64,000 bases of DNA from Amphiscolops sp. MND2022. Taxonomy: Eukaryota. A model generated the notes under the pieces. The model searched no databases. It saw only the letters and a list, made by a program, of their open reading frames with translations, and had not been told where the DNA came from. Position 1 is the stretch's first letter. Each line of letters starts with the position of its first letter. This document shows positions 49,801 to 62,429 of the stretch, in pieces. The position numbers and the translations under genes are program-made. The stretch lies in the NCBI GenBank assembly GCA_964187785.1, contig OZ076410.1:67146001-67210000 (forward strand), in the 5' to 3' direction.

Positions 49801-50392
49801 CATTTATTCAATCAGAAAACCTGTTTACTTTGGAATATGAATCACGAATGTGTTTGTAAGTAGTTTATCACCAAATCACGCATATTTGGTTGTGTAATTT
49901 CAAGTAGTTTATTCAATTTGTTCAGAAAAAAGTTTTAAAGTGTTAATTTCGATTTGGAAATGCCTTTTATCAGATATATACTTCTCACAAACTTCACATC
50001 AAATGTTTTGTTCCTTGGTGCGTTGTTTATGTTCATCTGAGAAGTTTGTTTTTTCAGATAATTTCAATCATGTATTACATCTTTTACATTAATATTGATT
50101 TTTTTTCAAGATGTTTCATTGATTTAGATAATCGGATCTAAGGAATTTCTTATTATCAGAATTACAACTTTACAAAACTCCATTATTTATTTAAAAATCC
50201 TAATTTCTTCATGATGTGTTTTTACACAGATAACTGAGTCACATGATGACTACAGAGTAGATTTGAATCTTGGAAGGAGTAACACCCAAAATAAGCATTT
50301 TCTGGTGATGGTCATCAAAAGTAAATTGTATTGGCCGCGGATTGCAGTCTGAGAAAATATGACATTTTAATGAACATCACCTAAAAAAGGGG

Positions 50393-51282
50393 TTGCGGGT
50401 TTTGTCTATTCCGGGGGTTCCCATACTACTCACAACAGATGGTGCGGGTGACTTTCAACGAGAAAACAAAAGACCAATTTATTCAGCAAATAAGAACATC
50501 ATGCAATCCTACTTGAAACATGAAGAATATTCTGACAGGAAGGTCAAAATGACACCTTTGAAACAAAACGAGTATTGTTTCATACAACAACTAATTGCAG
50601 ACCACCAAAGGTCAAAAGTTCCATTACGGGAGTTTCGGTGGATTGGGCCCTAAATCCTCGAAAATGTCTTACCTAGTGAGAAATACCTTGTTAGAAAACT
50701 CAATTCTACTATAACGCAAATTATACATCGATTACGCCTTCGTAAATTTGAAACGAAGATCCCACTACAGGAAGAATTACCTGAAGGCAACTTACAACCT
50801 GATGATGAAATTAAGATTCCTCAAGATGACCTACATGTCATCACGTGGGAAGCTGAATTTGTGGTTCCCAAATTCCCGCCATTATGACCTGAATAAATCA
50901 AATTCAGACCATGCAGACGATAACCGAATCGCTGCTGATCATGCTTGTCAACAGTAACAATTTGTCACTGTGGTCCACACGCCTAGAGCAAAACAATGTC
51001 GCTGGTACGTGGCAACAGGACCCAGAAACAATTGACTCGGACCCTGAGTCTTCTCGCGTAGACAAAACAATCGATATTGATGCTAGCGAAAAATCGCACT
51101 AGGACTACAAAGAAAAATGCTTAGACAATTAAAACTCGCCAGGAGGGAGAGATACTACAGTGCTGGAATATTAGACAGTGAAAATAATGATGGTGTTCTA
51201 GATAATGAACGTCCCAGTGGGAAGAAAATCAAACCTTCGACCTAACCCCACACCCAACTTCACTGATGAATACAGATACTAG
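50393..51282 (+). pseudogene. Gypsy pol C-terminus (integrase tail)
   Basis: DHQRSKVPLREFRWIGP*ILENVLPSEKYLVRKLNSTITQIIHRLRLRKF (GPY/F-like region), ending NLRPNPTPNFTDEYRY*-like at 51282. Confidence 0.75.
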
Positions 51283-51444
51283 TCAGATGCATAAATTAAT
51301 AGTCTCTCAAATATTTTTTCAGCGAGACTCGAACTGACGTCTGGCCTGAAAAAAAGGCATCCAAACAAACACTAACTGACAACAAAATTGAATAAATACA
51401 ACGATACAAACTACAAATAACCAGTTCAAAATAACAAATGCATA

Positions 51445-52195
51445 CTAAAAACAATTAAAGTTTACTGCCACTGGCATATAGATACTTTGCAGATCGAGCA
51501 AGTTCAGCATCCGAGAGAAGACGGATAGTGCGCTTTCGGCCTTCACCAGATCGATTTCCAGGGAAGGATTAGGCCCACTAGAAGCTTCGAAGATGCTGCT
51601 TGACAGCTGGTTGTGGGGCCTAAATTGTTCGGGATCCAAACTCGCAAGGGTCCCATCTCGTCCAAAGAAGTCAGCACTGTCCCAGGGACTATAAACATCA
51701 GACAGTCCAGCCGAACCAAAGCTTGGCTCAAAGTCAAGGAATTTCGTGGCGGAAGAATTGCTAGTCAGGGTTTCAACCCCTCGTGACACATTTGCCAAAT
51801 AAAACTGGGCCGGTAGGATGACGTCTACGTAACGGCTCTTGAAATCATCTATTCTGTCGCCTCCAAATTTCATCACTGGCAGGCGTTTGGGTGTCTCATC
51901 TAAACAGAAGCAGCTAAGCTTGAAGATCGAAGCTATCCTACGGGCTGTAGGGCAGTTTGGCTAGAGACAAAGTCAGTCGATGGAGGACCGATTTAACAAT
52001 GTGCGCTGGTCTACGTTAGGATAAGTCTGTCGTGAGTCATGTTGGAAAGACCCTTCCCTGCACTGCGATTCGTCTTCAAAGGTAAAGTGACCTCGTAACC
52101 GAAAACTGTTGAAAAGCTGCAGGAACCAGTAGGTAGCCTGGTCTAAGGCTTCGTTGATCTTGACGTTGACGTCAAATGCAGCTGGTCTCTTACAA
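51445..52195 (-). pseudogene. Antisense accessory ORF of unknown function between Gypsy pol and the LTR
   Basis: Protein-like frames join across frameshifts: RPAAFDVNVKINEALDQATYWFLQLFNSFRLR..FEDESQCRE / LSLAKLPY / FKLSCFCLDETPKRLPVMKFGGDRIDDFKSRY..FYLANVSRGVE..FLDFEPSFGSAGLSDVYSPWDSADF. Confidence 0.55.
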
Positions 52196-52531
52196 TGTCA
52201 GATGTCAGCCCTGAGTAACTTTGTACTTCGCTAAACAAGAAGGAAACATAACTTCGAGCGAGACTACCTGTCATGCCAGCAAGATGGAAATATAGTCTAC
52301 TAAATATCTGTAATGTAAATTCTATGTCTTATATACTTGGATATGGGCAATATGAAGTCATATAATAAGAGCTATTGTTGTGAGCAACCCTACGTTATTT
52401 GTACTTATTTCCCTTCCCCCCTTTGAGTGTAAGTTACATATATCTAATTAATACTGAGCGTTCTAGTTCCGGTGTCCGCATAAATGATCTTGCCTATGGC
52501 CATAATGTGCTATAATCCTTGAATATTGGCT

Positions 52532-54426
52532 TGTCACGACAAGGGAGAGAAGTTTTCCGTTCAAACTGGACAGAAGGATAGAAAAGTGATGAAGTTTTTT
52601 GCTTCGATCTGATCCCCGCCTCAGAGTGACGGCAGTGACAATTCATTTACTTCGATGTGACCCAGTGTTAGTTTAAGTAACCATACTAGAGGAAACTTCA
52701 TCTTTTCCTCATCCACTAAAATCATTGACTACTTTTCATGCAACAACTGGTGCTACTGTGAAATTCATCGCTAATCCATCAGTGAATTAGCCAGTGATTT
52801 CATTCACTTGCGATTTGTAGTAATTCATCCTAAATCCATCAGCGGATTTGCTAAAGAGCCTTTAGAACCATTTCTACCAGAGTTCATCACAAACTCATCC
52901 TCAAAGTTATGAGTGAACTAGATATGGGACCATTTTTAAATTTACTTCATCACTAATCCACCAGCGGATTTCATGGGACTTTAATTTTACTAACTCATCC
53001 TAAATTCATCGCTAGACTATGCTTTAGTAATTTCAAATGTGCTTCTCATTTCTTAGGACAGGAAACTCATCTTTTATTCATCACACAACCAGAAAAAGAG
53101 AGAGATGAGAAAGAACATCCTCAATTCATCATAAAAGAGCGATCGTGTTGGATTTACTTGTTTTATTGAGGAATACATCCCTTGTTCATCGCAAGTTCGA
53201 TTCCGTGCTGGAAATAGCAAATAAGAAGGGAAGTCCATCTCTTTTTCATCGCAGTTTTAACTCGTGCTAATTTTGGACGGAAATAACTGAGAATTATTTA
53301 CATTTTCATGCTGTGCTAAATTGGAGCTTGAATTCAGTGAATATTCCAAAGTATTCATCGCTAAATCATCCTTGTGTACAAGTGCTATCAGATATTGCTG
53401 TTATCGTGTGAAAAACATCGTTTTCTCATCGCTTGATGTGTTTTACTTTAATTTGACTTGAAATTGGTGCAATAGTGAGTGTTTTCAGCTTGTTTCTATC
53501 TCCAAAGCAAGCATTATTATTGTGCAGGCAATTTACAACGCTGTAAAGGTGATGATTCACTAATAATTGATTCATATAATTGATTCACTAATAAAATTGA
53601 TTCACTACCTTGGTATGTAGCCATCCTGCGGCAGTTCGCGACACGGGTCACGTGACTTACCATTTATTACCAACGGGCAACAGCCAATAAGAAGAAGGTT
53701 GGTAGGAGATGAGCGTCTTACCAACCAGAAAAGAGGCTCGAACTGCTGTAGTTTGAACTGCCATATTGATTACTCAGAAGAAGATTGGGACCGACAACAA
53801 TACAGTTGACAAATTGCGTAAACTTTAACTACAAGATTCCATCCTAAATTCATCTTGAGATTTTCTAAAATCACTCTGGATAATCTATTTGTACCTCAGT
53901 TTACAAAGCAATGAACTTTAGATGAACTTCTTCTGATTTGCCTGAATTTCGCTACTTGATATACCTTGCATGTTTCTCTTACACTCATACGTCGTAAGTA
54001 CATCTCTGATTCAGATTAGTGAATTAGATTCTTTCGGAAAATTAGAAATAAACTAAAGTACATCGACAAAACATACCAGTAATTCAGATTTCGCTCACAA
54101 ATCACTTTTCTCCCCTTCCATGAGTCTGGAGCAAGGTACAAAGCTTAGAAACGGCAAAATAATTGATTCCTCGTCTGAAGAGAATACACCAGAAGACTTT
54201 ACCATGACTGAGTCCAATCCCGATAACTCCGATATCAATGAGAACTCCGACATTTCTTCTCAGATAACTGAAATAAGAGAGAATTATGAACGTAAGATCA
54301 ATGAACTCCAATGGGAGTTTAGTCATCTGAAGGACCTGATGATGGCAGTTATTAATAAGACTAATAACGATAGTCCATCAAGTAGCGCACAAGGCCCTTC
54401 AAAGCAGCCCCAACTAGGGCGCGACA
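52532..54426 (+). repeat. LTR (1895 bp) of the Gypsy family with Gag in the LTR; TTCATC-rich
   Basis: Termini TGTCACGA...GCGCGACA; homologous to 1375-2205; no PBS follows and no TSD found. Confidence 0.7.
54120..54426 (+). pseudogene. Gag N-terminus encoded within the LTR
   Basis: SDISSQITEIRENYERKINELQWEFSHLKDLMMAVINK..QGPSK aligns with SDITSQRSEIKESQKGSFTELQSEIGGLKDMMVAMLQK..QGPSK from 1390-1560 (minus), which continues in frame through the PBS. Confidence 0.7.
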
Positions 54427-55899
54427 CTACCAAATTCATTATTTTTGCGCTTGATCAAGACTTTTAGGAGCTCCTTCTTCTGCTTTCCTCTTGAAGGCTA
54501 CATCAAAACTTTACCCCAGCTTTGTTCTGTCAAGGAAATCTTGGACACTCAGGGCTTTAGCTTCAGCGACAATAACTCGTGTGATCTTAGTGAAATCAGA
54601 TTCAGTCTGCAGTTTCTTGGGATTCACACAACATCTTCCTAACTTGAATTAAAACTGTCAGAATTGACGGAACAGATGGAATCCTCTATCCCGTGTTTCC
54701 CTCTATTTGAATTAGACGCTGTTTGTGTTTAATAACAAATGACGAGAATCAATCCACCAGATATTTCAATGGTCCCTCTTTTGCCTACGTTGAAAAGATA
54801 ACTCAAAATCACGAACTAGCCGGTAGAAAAGTTCCAGTTTTTTAGTGAACAAGAGTCCTCACAGATTATGGTCCATTCCCACCTTTGTGGTTAAAGGAAA
54901 ATATATTTTACCTCGTGACAATAAGTCTATTGGACTACACAAAGGTGATGGTCAAACATGTCTCATTCCACCCTGCATCTCAAGGGGGAGTTTCGTGGAC
55001 CGTCAAAAGCTCAATCACATGTGACCAGCTGGAAAGTTGTATAGTACCTGACAGAGTTTCGACAGAGTTAGCAAATCAGAGTTAGTAAAACTGGCAAGTC
55101 TTGATGCCCTAAAACTCACTCACGAGGGTTGCAAATGTCCTTCAGTTGTCTCTATGGCGACGACTAAGGGAGATAAAAGTGCAAACCTTGGGAAGTTCTG
55201 GAGCGATAAAGGTCCATTCCAAATCTACACTGCCGCGCCAGGGGAGACGGCGAGTTGCTGAAGAGCCAAAAAACAATCGACGTAACCGAACACGCTGTAA
55301 CTTGTCAACTTGTCTTGTGCATAAGCTACTAAAGGAAAAGTCCTCGAAGCATGGTGGACTGTGGACTCCAAACTGGGTATCCAGGCATTTGGTTAGAAGC
55401 CATTACAGTGCGTAGACCAGCTTCTTTTCTACAAACACAATTTTGTGCGTGTAACCCTTTAGATTCCACAGACATGTCTTTAAACAAGCAAAATTGATTG
55501 AATTTCACTACTTTTATGGAAACCAAGACACCATCAACGCAATTCTGTGGAATCCCACAACATATACTTAAAACATTAGACGTGCCGTGGAAACCGAGAG
55601 AGCCGTCGGCATCTTTCTGTCTTAGTTTCCGCATTTCGTTTTTGCGGAATGCAAGAGATTAAATCGAGGAGCAATTCCAATTTTACGGAATCTGAGATAG
55701 CTAATTGCATCCAAGACGGTTATTTGGCTCATCAAATATTTCCGTGGAAACCGATATTTGTATTTGCGGAAACTAAGATTTTCTTACGTTCCGCAACATC
55801 AAAGGATGGACTTCTATTAGATTCCGCAAACATCAAAGAGATTGGAATTTCGTAAGCGTGTCTCGGATTCCGCAAAACCTTGTCCTTGATTCCGCAGAA

Positions 55900-58800
55900 C
55901 ACGCGGAAAAAGCTTGTCTATGGACTGTAATGGCTGTATGTTTTCAGCACTGCATTCAGTACAGCTGACAAGGTTCGGTTTAGTTGATATGGCATCATGA
56001 TCTGAGAAATTAGGCTAGCTTCAGCACTTGGAACCGCCAGTTCGGCCATTCCGGCACAAGAACACTAGGCAGAGTTGATCATCTGTGATTGTAGGACGGT
56101 GTCGTCTCAGTATAACATTTGAGGAAGGAGTTGTTGGCCGAAGCTGACCATCTACGTCTCCACATGAGTTCGATGAAATCGTTGATTTTATCCACCGTGT
56201 AAAACCTGTCATTGTTTACAAGTTTGGCAAATCTTCTAAGATGACTTTCTAAAAAAATTAGCAACACTTTTTTGTCGTAGTACCGAGGAATCATGGGCCG
56301 CTGTGAGAAAATCATTTACAAATTTGACTTTTATGAGGTACTTGATGTTGATGCTCATACTCAATATATCAAAAGGTCGTACTCCCGATAACACGTGACA
56401 ACATTCAATGTTTGGCGAATAGCTACGATTGAAAACAGTTTTGATGAAATTATTTTGTACCCTTTGCATGCTGCAGCGATTTCTTTCAAATCAGATCGGG
56501 GAGGCATATAGAAGTAGGGGAAGAATTGTTGTCTTGTACAGCAGAATCAATGTAGGAATGGTGAGGCTCCATTTGTTGTTACATAAGCTAGATATGGTGT
56601 TCCATTTTCGTTTTGTTTTTCAACTGTTGCTTCTGCATGTTGCCGGTATGTTAACTGATTGTCAATTACCATTCCGAGTGATTTAGTGATGCTCTTGATT
56701 TGGCAGGGATCACCATTTAGCACAAGGGCTTTAATGTCATTTGCTTCACAATTGAAATGAATAATTTCAGTCTTCCCGCCGTTGACCACCATTCTCCAGG
56801 TTGAACACCATCTTTCCACTCCAGCACAAGACATCCAAACTCTCGCGTCAGATCGTCTGTGTTTTCACTGGTGACTACAATTGAACTGTCGTACGCGAAT
56901 TTGAATGAGCAGTTTTCGTTTATCAGGAAGTCATTGAGAAATTTGATAAAATGTAGCGGAGAAAGCACGCCCCCTTGTGGCACCACCATGTTAACACGAA
57001 AAGTGTGAGATTTATATTCCCCTAATTCAATAAAGACTTGTCGGTTTCTCAAGAAAGCCTTCAAAATTCGAAACATTCTGCCAAAATTCGAAACATTCTG
57101 TTTTTCTTTTCGTTCTGAAGCCTTCTTGTTCTTGACCAATTATGTTGTGCAAGTCGAGGTATTTGTTAATTCTACCAGCCAAAAATCGTTCAAGCAGTTT
57201 ACCAAAGTGGCTGGAAATGGACAACGGTTGGTAAGATGAGCAGTCGTCGTATCTCTCTTTATTCGGCTTACGGGTGAAAATAACACGCGATTCTTTCCAA
57301 GGCCATGACGCAGTCTCCCGACAGTTGTTGAAAATTTGGAGAAGCCTTTCTCGAGCTTTGTATCCCATGTTTCTGATCATTGACAGGTGTACGCCATCGG
57401 TATCGAAAGAACTAGTATTTGATGTGTTCGCGATTGCTGCATTTAGCTCTTCCATATTGAGTGGGTCGACAAAGAGACCATTTTCGTAATCATCGCTGCT
57501 GTCGGGCACTCTGACTTCCTGTTCGACATGTTCAAAGAACCCTTCGTCGTACGATTGTTTGGAGAGACGTTGACCGGAGAAAAAGGTTGTTTCAAATTGT
57601 GTACAAATTTCGCTTTTCGTGTGAGGAAGTTCACCAGTCTTGTTTCTTATTAGCCCAACCTCTTCCTTCTTCTTGTTGAGTAAACTTCTATATGATGCCC
57701 AAAAGTCTCGGCCTCTTTTATGCCCAAGATTGCTGAGGAAGCAACTCATCCATTCAGACGCACTATCGGAGGATAGTTGTTTCGTGATATTCTCTTTAGC
57801 TCTGGCCAGTTTTGCACCAATTATGTAGTTTGAACAATGTTTGAATTTTCTTCTCAGATGTCTCAGCGCTTCACTAGATTTCGTTAATTCAGAATTCCAA
57901 AAAGGTTTGCTGTGTCTAGATATAGTTTTCAAGGGAATGTATTTCTCCGACGCATCCAGTAGAAGGTTCAAGAAGGTTTTCCACTGTGTAGTGGAGTTGT
58001 TGTCATTCAGATTGATTTGGCCAATACCAGTCTCAAAAAAATCTGTCCAAAGCTTCCAATTTGTTTTGTCCATCCACAACGTCTTGGTTTTAAATGTTTC
58101 AGTGAAAAGAGCAAAATCAACTAAAACTGGCAGATGACCTCTGGTTGGTGCTCCAGTGAAGAGTTCAACATACTCATCTGATGCTAGATTATGTTCGTAA
58201 TGACTGACAATTGGTCCGTACATGAGACATAGGCCACTTACACTTGAACCGTTTGTTGAAATGAAAGTAGGTTCACCACTGTTGAGTATGATGTATGTAT
58301 CCACAATTTTGACCGTATCTTCTCCTAAACGCTTACTCTTAGTGTCACCCCAGTATTGATGACGAGCGTTCAGGTCTTCGAAGAATATGCAACCATTTAT
58401 TTTGCTGTCATCAACCAATTTCTTACAGTTTTCCGAAACCTTCATTTTGATCTTGACTCCATCTAAGTTCTCTGGTTGTACATACGCTGTTGAAACAACC
58501 AATTTCAAACCATTTGACACTATTGTTAACGGTATGTTGTCTACTGAGTTCTCCTCTATTTCTGACAATCTGGCGTAAGGAATTTCTTCTTTCAGTAGTA
58601 TTGCCACTCCACCCAAGCCATGTTTTTGTTCACTAATAGCGTTGTAGTTATTCAAAAAATGCCGAGGTAAAATGGCTTTCGTTTCGTTCAGGAACACCAC
58701 ATCGGGATCTTTCTCATGTAAATAATGATTTGATGCAATTTTAGAGTGTTCACCTAGTCCGCTGATGTTTATTTGCAAAAAAGTCAGTGTTCGTTCATCC

Positions 58801-60310
58801 ATTTGTACAGGTATGGGTATTCCGCGAACTTCATGTACTGTACGTATTTGCTTGAGGTATGTCAGACAATTAGTATTTTCAGCCTCGTGGTTACCTTTGC
58901 AGTTGCTACACTTAGCTGGTTTGTCTTTGTTCCTCAGCGCAATGTTTGCAAGATTTCCTTGAAGGACAGTTACTGCTCATGTGGCCAAACTTCTGGCATT
59001 TGTAGCATCGAATGATTTTTATGCCTGGTTGAACGAACTCGACGGGTTGATAAAAAAGAGCATCCAGGAATATGCCGTCTGATATGGCCTTGTCATACAG
59101 CAGTTTCGAAAGAAATGAGAGTTTCACTGTTTGCAAAGCTGTTTTGTCCGCTTTGATGAATCGTCTTGATTCACACCTGGAAAACTGTTGTCAAGATGTT
59201 GCTCGATTTCCTTGTTATCAAGTTCTAAGGGTATCCCTCTAATGAGAGCGCTAAGTCCATTCGTTTCATCATTTGCTTTTCGCGCAACTGAATCTCCTCC
59301 AAAGAATTCAGGGTTCCAGGATTTCAAGACATTATCGGCCTCTTCCACTGTGAGGAATTCTTAGTGTGTGTTACCTCGAGCAGTCGTGAATGCATAGACT
59401 AACTTCTTTAGCGGAAAACGTTTTGCAAACGTCCTCTTGATTTCAATACTGTCTCTAAACGTCTTTTTACCAGTTATTATCAAAATCTTGTTTGGATCCC
59501 GTGGTGAGCGCTGTTAGTTCACATTACCAACTTCTTCTTTGGGATCAACCTTACGGTCGGGTGGTTCTGTTTTAGCCACGGTTGAGTAGCTTGTAGCTTG
59601 TTCCGGATTATCCAGTTTCAATTTGATGGTGAGCAAACCTTTTTTCATCGATTCGATTAGTTGCGTTTCTTGTTTTCGTGTTTCGTTGTTTTTTCTGTCT
59701 CTGACTTATTTGATTTAGTTCTTTCCAAACGTTTGATGATTTTCCTTGCAGCTTATTTCCTCACATTCGGTACAGTACCAATGTACAGATGCGTATTTTG
59801 AAGGTATTGGTATGTCTTTAATTTCTATGCCTCCACAGGATCCGTGCCACCACACCTCGCACCCATTGCAACAAATGGAGTCTTTTTCAGTATCCTCAAC
59901 TTGTTTCCCGCAATGAGGGCAGCAGCCTTCCGAGGTAGACTGGTTTCGAGATTTGGGCCCCATGAGGCTGGATCACTGTCTCGATTAGGCCTCCTAACCA
60001 ACAAAGGGTTTTGAAGTCCCAACAGAAACAAATTACCAACCTGTTAACTTTGCTTTCTCTGTTTGATTTTCTTCCGTTTCTTTTTGTGAGCTTTTTTCTA
60101 TTCTTTTTCTTGGGCTTGAATTTGGACAAACAATTTCTGTTTCTCCAATCTGTTGACAGTAGTTTGTGTTCTAGGTCTTCTTTCGAGTGAATTCTTTTTA
60201 GCTCGCTCAGAATAAAAGCGTCTTTCTGTTTCCGATGTGAAATCAATTTAGTTTTTGCATCAATTATAACTATGCCAGTTCCAAAAAGTTTCTTTCTGAT
60301 GTCCACCGTA
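55900..60310 (-). mobile_element. Decayed non-LTR retrotransposon: ORF1 with PHD finger and CCHC knuckle; ORF2 with APE and RT
   Basis: PHD (CPHCGKQV...ICCNGCEVWWHGSCGGI...WYCTEC, 59715-59963); knuckle (CYKCQKFGHMSSNC, about 58990-59030); APE (QINISGL, LNETK, EDLNARH); RT (YQPLSISSHFGKLLER, VPQGGVLSP, FAYD). Many stops, frameshifts and an RT deletion. Confidence 0.88.
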
Positions 60311-61102
60311 CCAGAGCGCTGACAGTAAACTATAGCTTTGATTCTAGTTTGCTACTGTGAACGAATTTCAATCAGTTGGCTAGTCGTAAAGTTTTGGTTG
60401 TTGTTGCTTCTATGTGCCGAGATAGAGTTATTGATTATGTCGTGCCAGATAATCAAATCTCTACTTCTGCTAAGATTTCCACGGTTTAGAAGGTTTTGTA
60501 AAACTTCAAGGCTGTTTTTGTCGTTGTGCTCGAAACCCAGTCCAGGTAGAGAGTAACAGCAACGTCTGAAGAGTTTTTGTTACCGATAGGGTATAGAATT
60601 AAGGGTACGGTCCAGAGAGCTGGCACCGATTATAAATACCATAAATGAATGTATGAGATGATATGAATAGATGATCTCGAAAGGTCAGAAAAATTGGATT
60701 GAGCTAACTTAATTTGAGTATTGTTGAGATAGACCAACAGAACCGCCCAGAGACCCGAGAGTGTTGACCGTCCAGCCCGTTGTCACAGTGATTTCCAGGC
60801 CTCACATTGATTTCCAGTGTAATCGGACAAATCAAATCAAACAGTACTTCTCTGAAACTATTCAACAAGTTTATCACAACAATTAGGCTAATAATTAGGC
60901 AAATAAAGAAGTCTCCTTCATGACAAAATCAATGTTGTACTCGCCATTTGCTACTGCATAACTCCCGAAGTTCTCATTGATTTAGCGGAACATCTGCTGT
61001 AATGAAGCCTAAAACAGTACATGCTAGTTAGATCGGTTGTAACGTCACATCTCACAACTGACTTTGTGTGCTATACTCGAGTGAAACCGAAGGACTACAT
61101 AT

Positions 61103-62380
61103 CTAAACAAAATAGATACTTACTGAGAGACGTTTTTTACCCCAGTTGATATAAGCAAACAGCGCCTGGTGGGTTACCACTACACCAACGTTTTGCCATT
61201 GAGCTCTGAGGGCAAACGTAGTACCACGGGAAGACAATCTTTGTCCATGAAATGATATCTGTACCCATACCCGGTTTTCGGTCGAAGAGGCCTTGTAATT
61301 AGTTCCAGACGTTAACTCCTCATAGAAGGGCATTTTTTCTTCCACGTCAACCGCGTAAAACCTGGGTAATTTAGCTCCAATGGGTTAGGGCTGTGTACCC
61401 ACCACGTCCCCTGACCTTGTGTTTTACATGGCCAGTAATAGAATCTGCGGATGATAGATATTCGTACCGCCACAGCTGATCTTTTCTAAGGTGTCGTTCT
61501 GTGGACTACTGGCGCAGTATATGCCGGGCACCTTTTGAACAAAAAGAAAAATTGCCTTTACAGATTTGACAATAGAATTTGTACGAGTTCCAGCAAAGAT
61601 CGGAGGGCCCGGAATCAAAGCTCTTTGTCCACTCCATTCCGCGGAAGTACTCTTCCTTCATGATCTTATATGAACGGGTTACCCTCGCCTTGTGCTAACC
61701 TTTTTCGTCGATTTTCCTATGCCGCCTGTCGTCCTCGTTTGATCGAGTAGCGCCTCCTGTTTTAAAGAACCTAACGTTCGGGCGCCAGGACTATCGCATA
61801 AAGAAAGGTCACCAAAAGCCCATGGGAATAGGTTACTGGACTGAGTGCCACTAGAAGTTCCTTGGATTTTAGATTCAGGTCGCGTCTGTGGATGTTCAAA
61901 TGTGTAGCCAATACTGGCAGAGTCATCGTCTTTATGCAAGGCACCACTTGTGTCGCTTTGCCCATCAGAAGTATAGCTCTGAGTTGTAAGCTCATCGTCA
62001 CTCTGGGGTGGGCGATATGCAGATGGATGACATCCTATAGGGTTTGGCCTAGTTGACACAGATGACGAGTTAAGACGACTAGCATTGAGGAACAGATCTT
62101 TCATAACATCAAATGAAGCCCTGGCAGTTTCGTCAGCCACAAGTCGCAAAGTATGACTAAATTGCCTCTCATTTAAAGCAATGGTGGAGTGTCATTGAGG
62201 GAAACTCTTTGGGGTGGCTTCAATGAAATTCTTTTTGGTTCTTACCCGACTGCTAGCTGACAACTGGGGGGTCACCTCTTTTTGAACGACGAAACTACCG
62301 TCTGCATCACCGCCTCCGTTTCGACGTCAATGGTACTAGTCTTAAAGGGAAAAGAAATGGCATCGGCTACAGTGGACATG
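61103..62380 (-). pseudogene. Decayed long ORF of unknown function, probable LTR-element accessory gene
   Basis: Successive protein-like frames (61679-62149, 61424-61618, 61103-61345: EEKMPFYEELTSG...RVWVQISF) suggest one broken ORF of about 400 codons. Only weak similarity to 51445-52195. Confidence 0.35.
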
Positions 62381-62429
62381 AGACGAACAGAAACGACTGA
62401 AAGGGCAATTTCTGGATAGCCTAAGTTTG

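Larger units (their letters stand above)
40800..50230. mobile_element. Decayed Polinton/Maverick (adintovirus-like) endogenous viral segment
   Basis: AT-rich, intronless cluster of remnants: A32-like packaging ATPase, penton-like minor capsid, retroviral-like integrase, adenain-like protease and small ORFs. No major capsid gene or TIR seen. Confidence 0.85.

Noticed and set aside
52527-54431. TSD for the 1895-bp LTR as a clean solo-LTR insertion
   Set aside because: Flanks (TGGCT and CTACC) do not match and no clear PPT precedes it; solo LTR versus 3' LTR is unresolved.
55000-55640. ORFs 55146-55415 (+) and 55329-55634 (-)
   Set aside because: No recognisable domain, splice pattern or element boundary.
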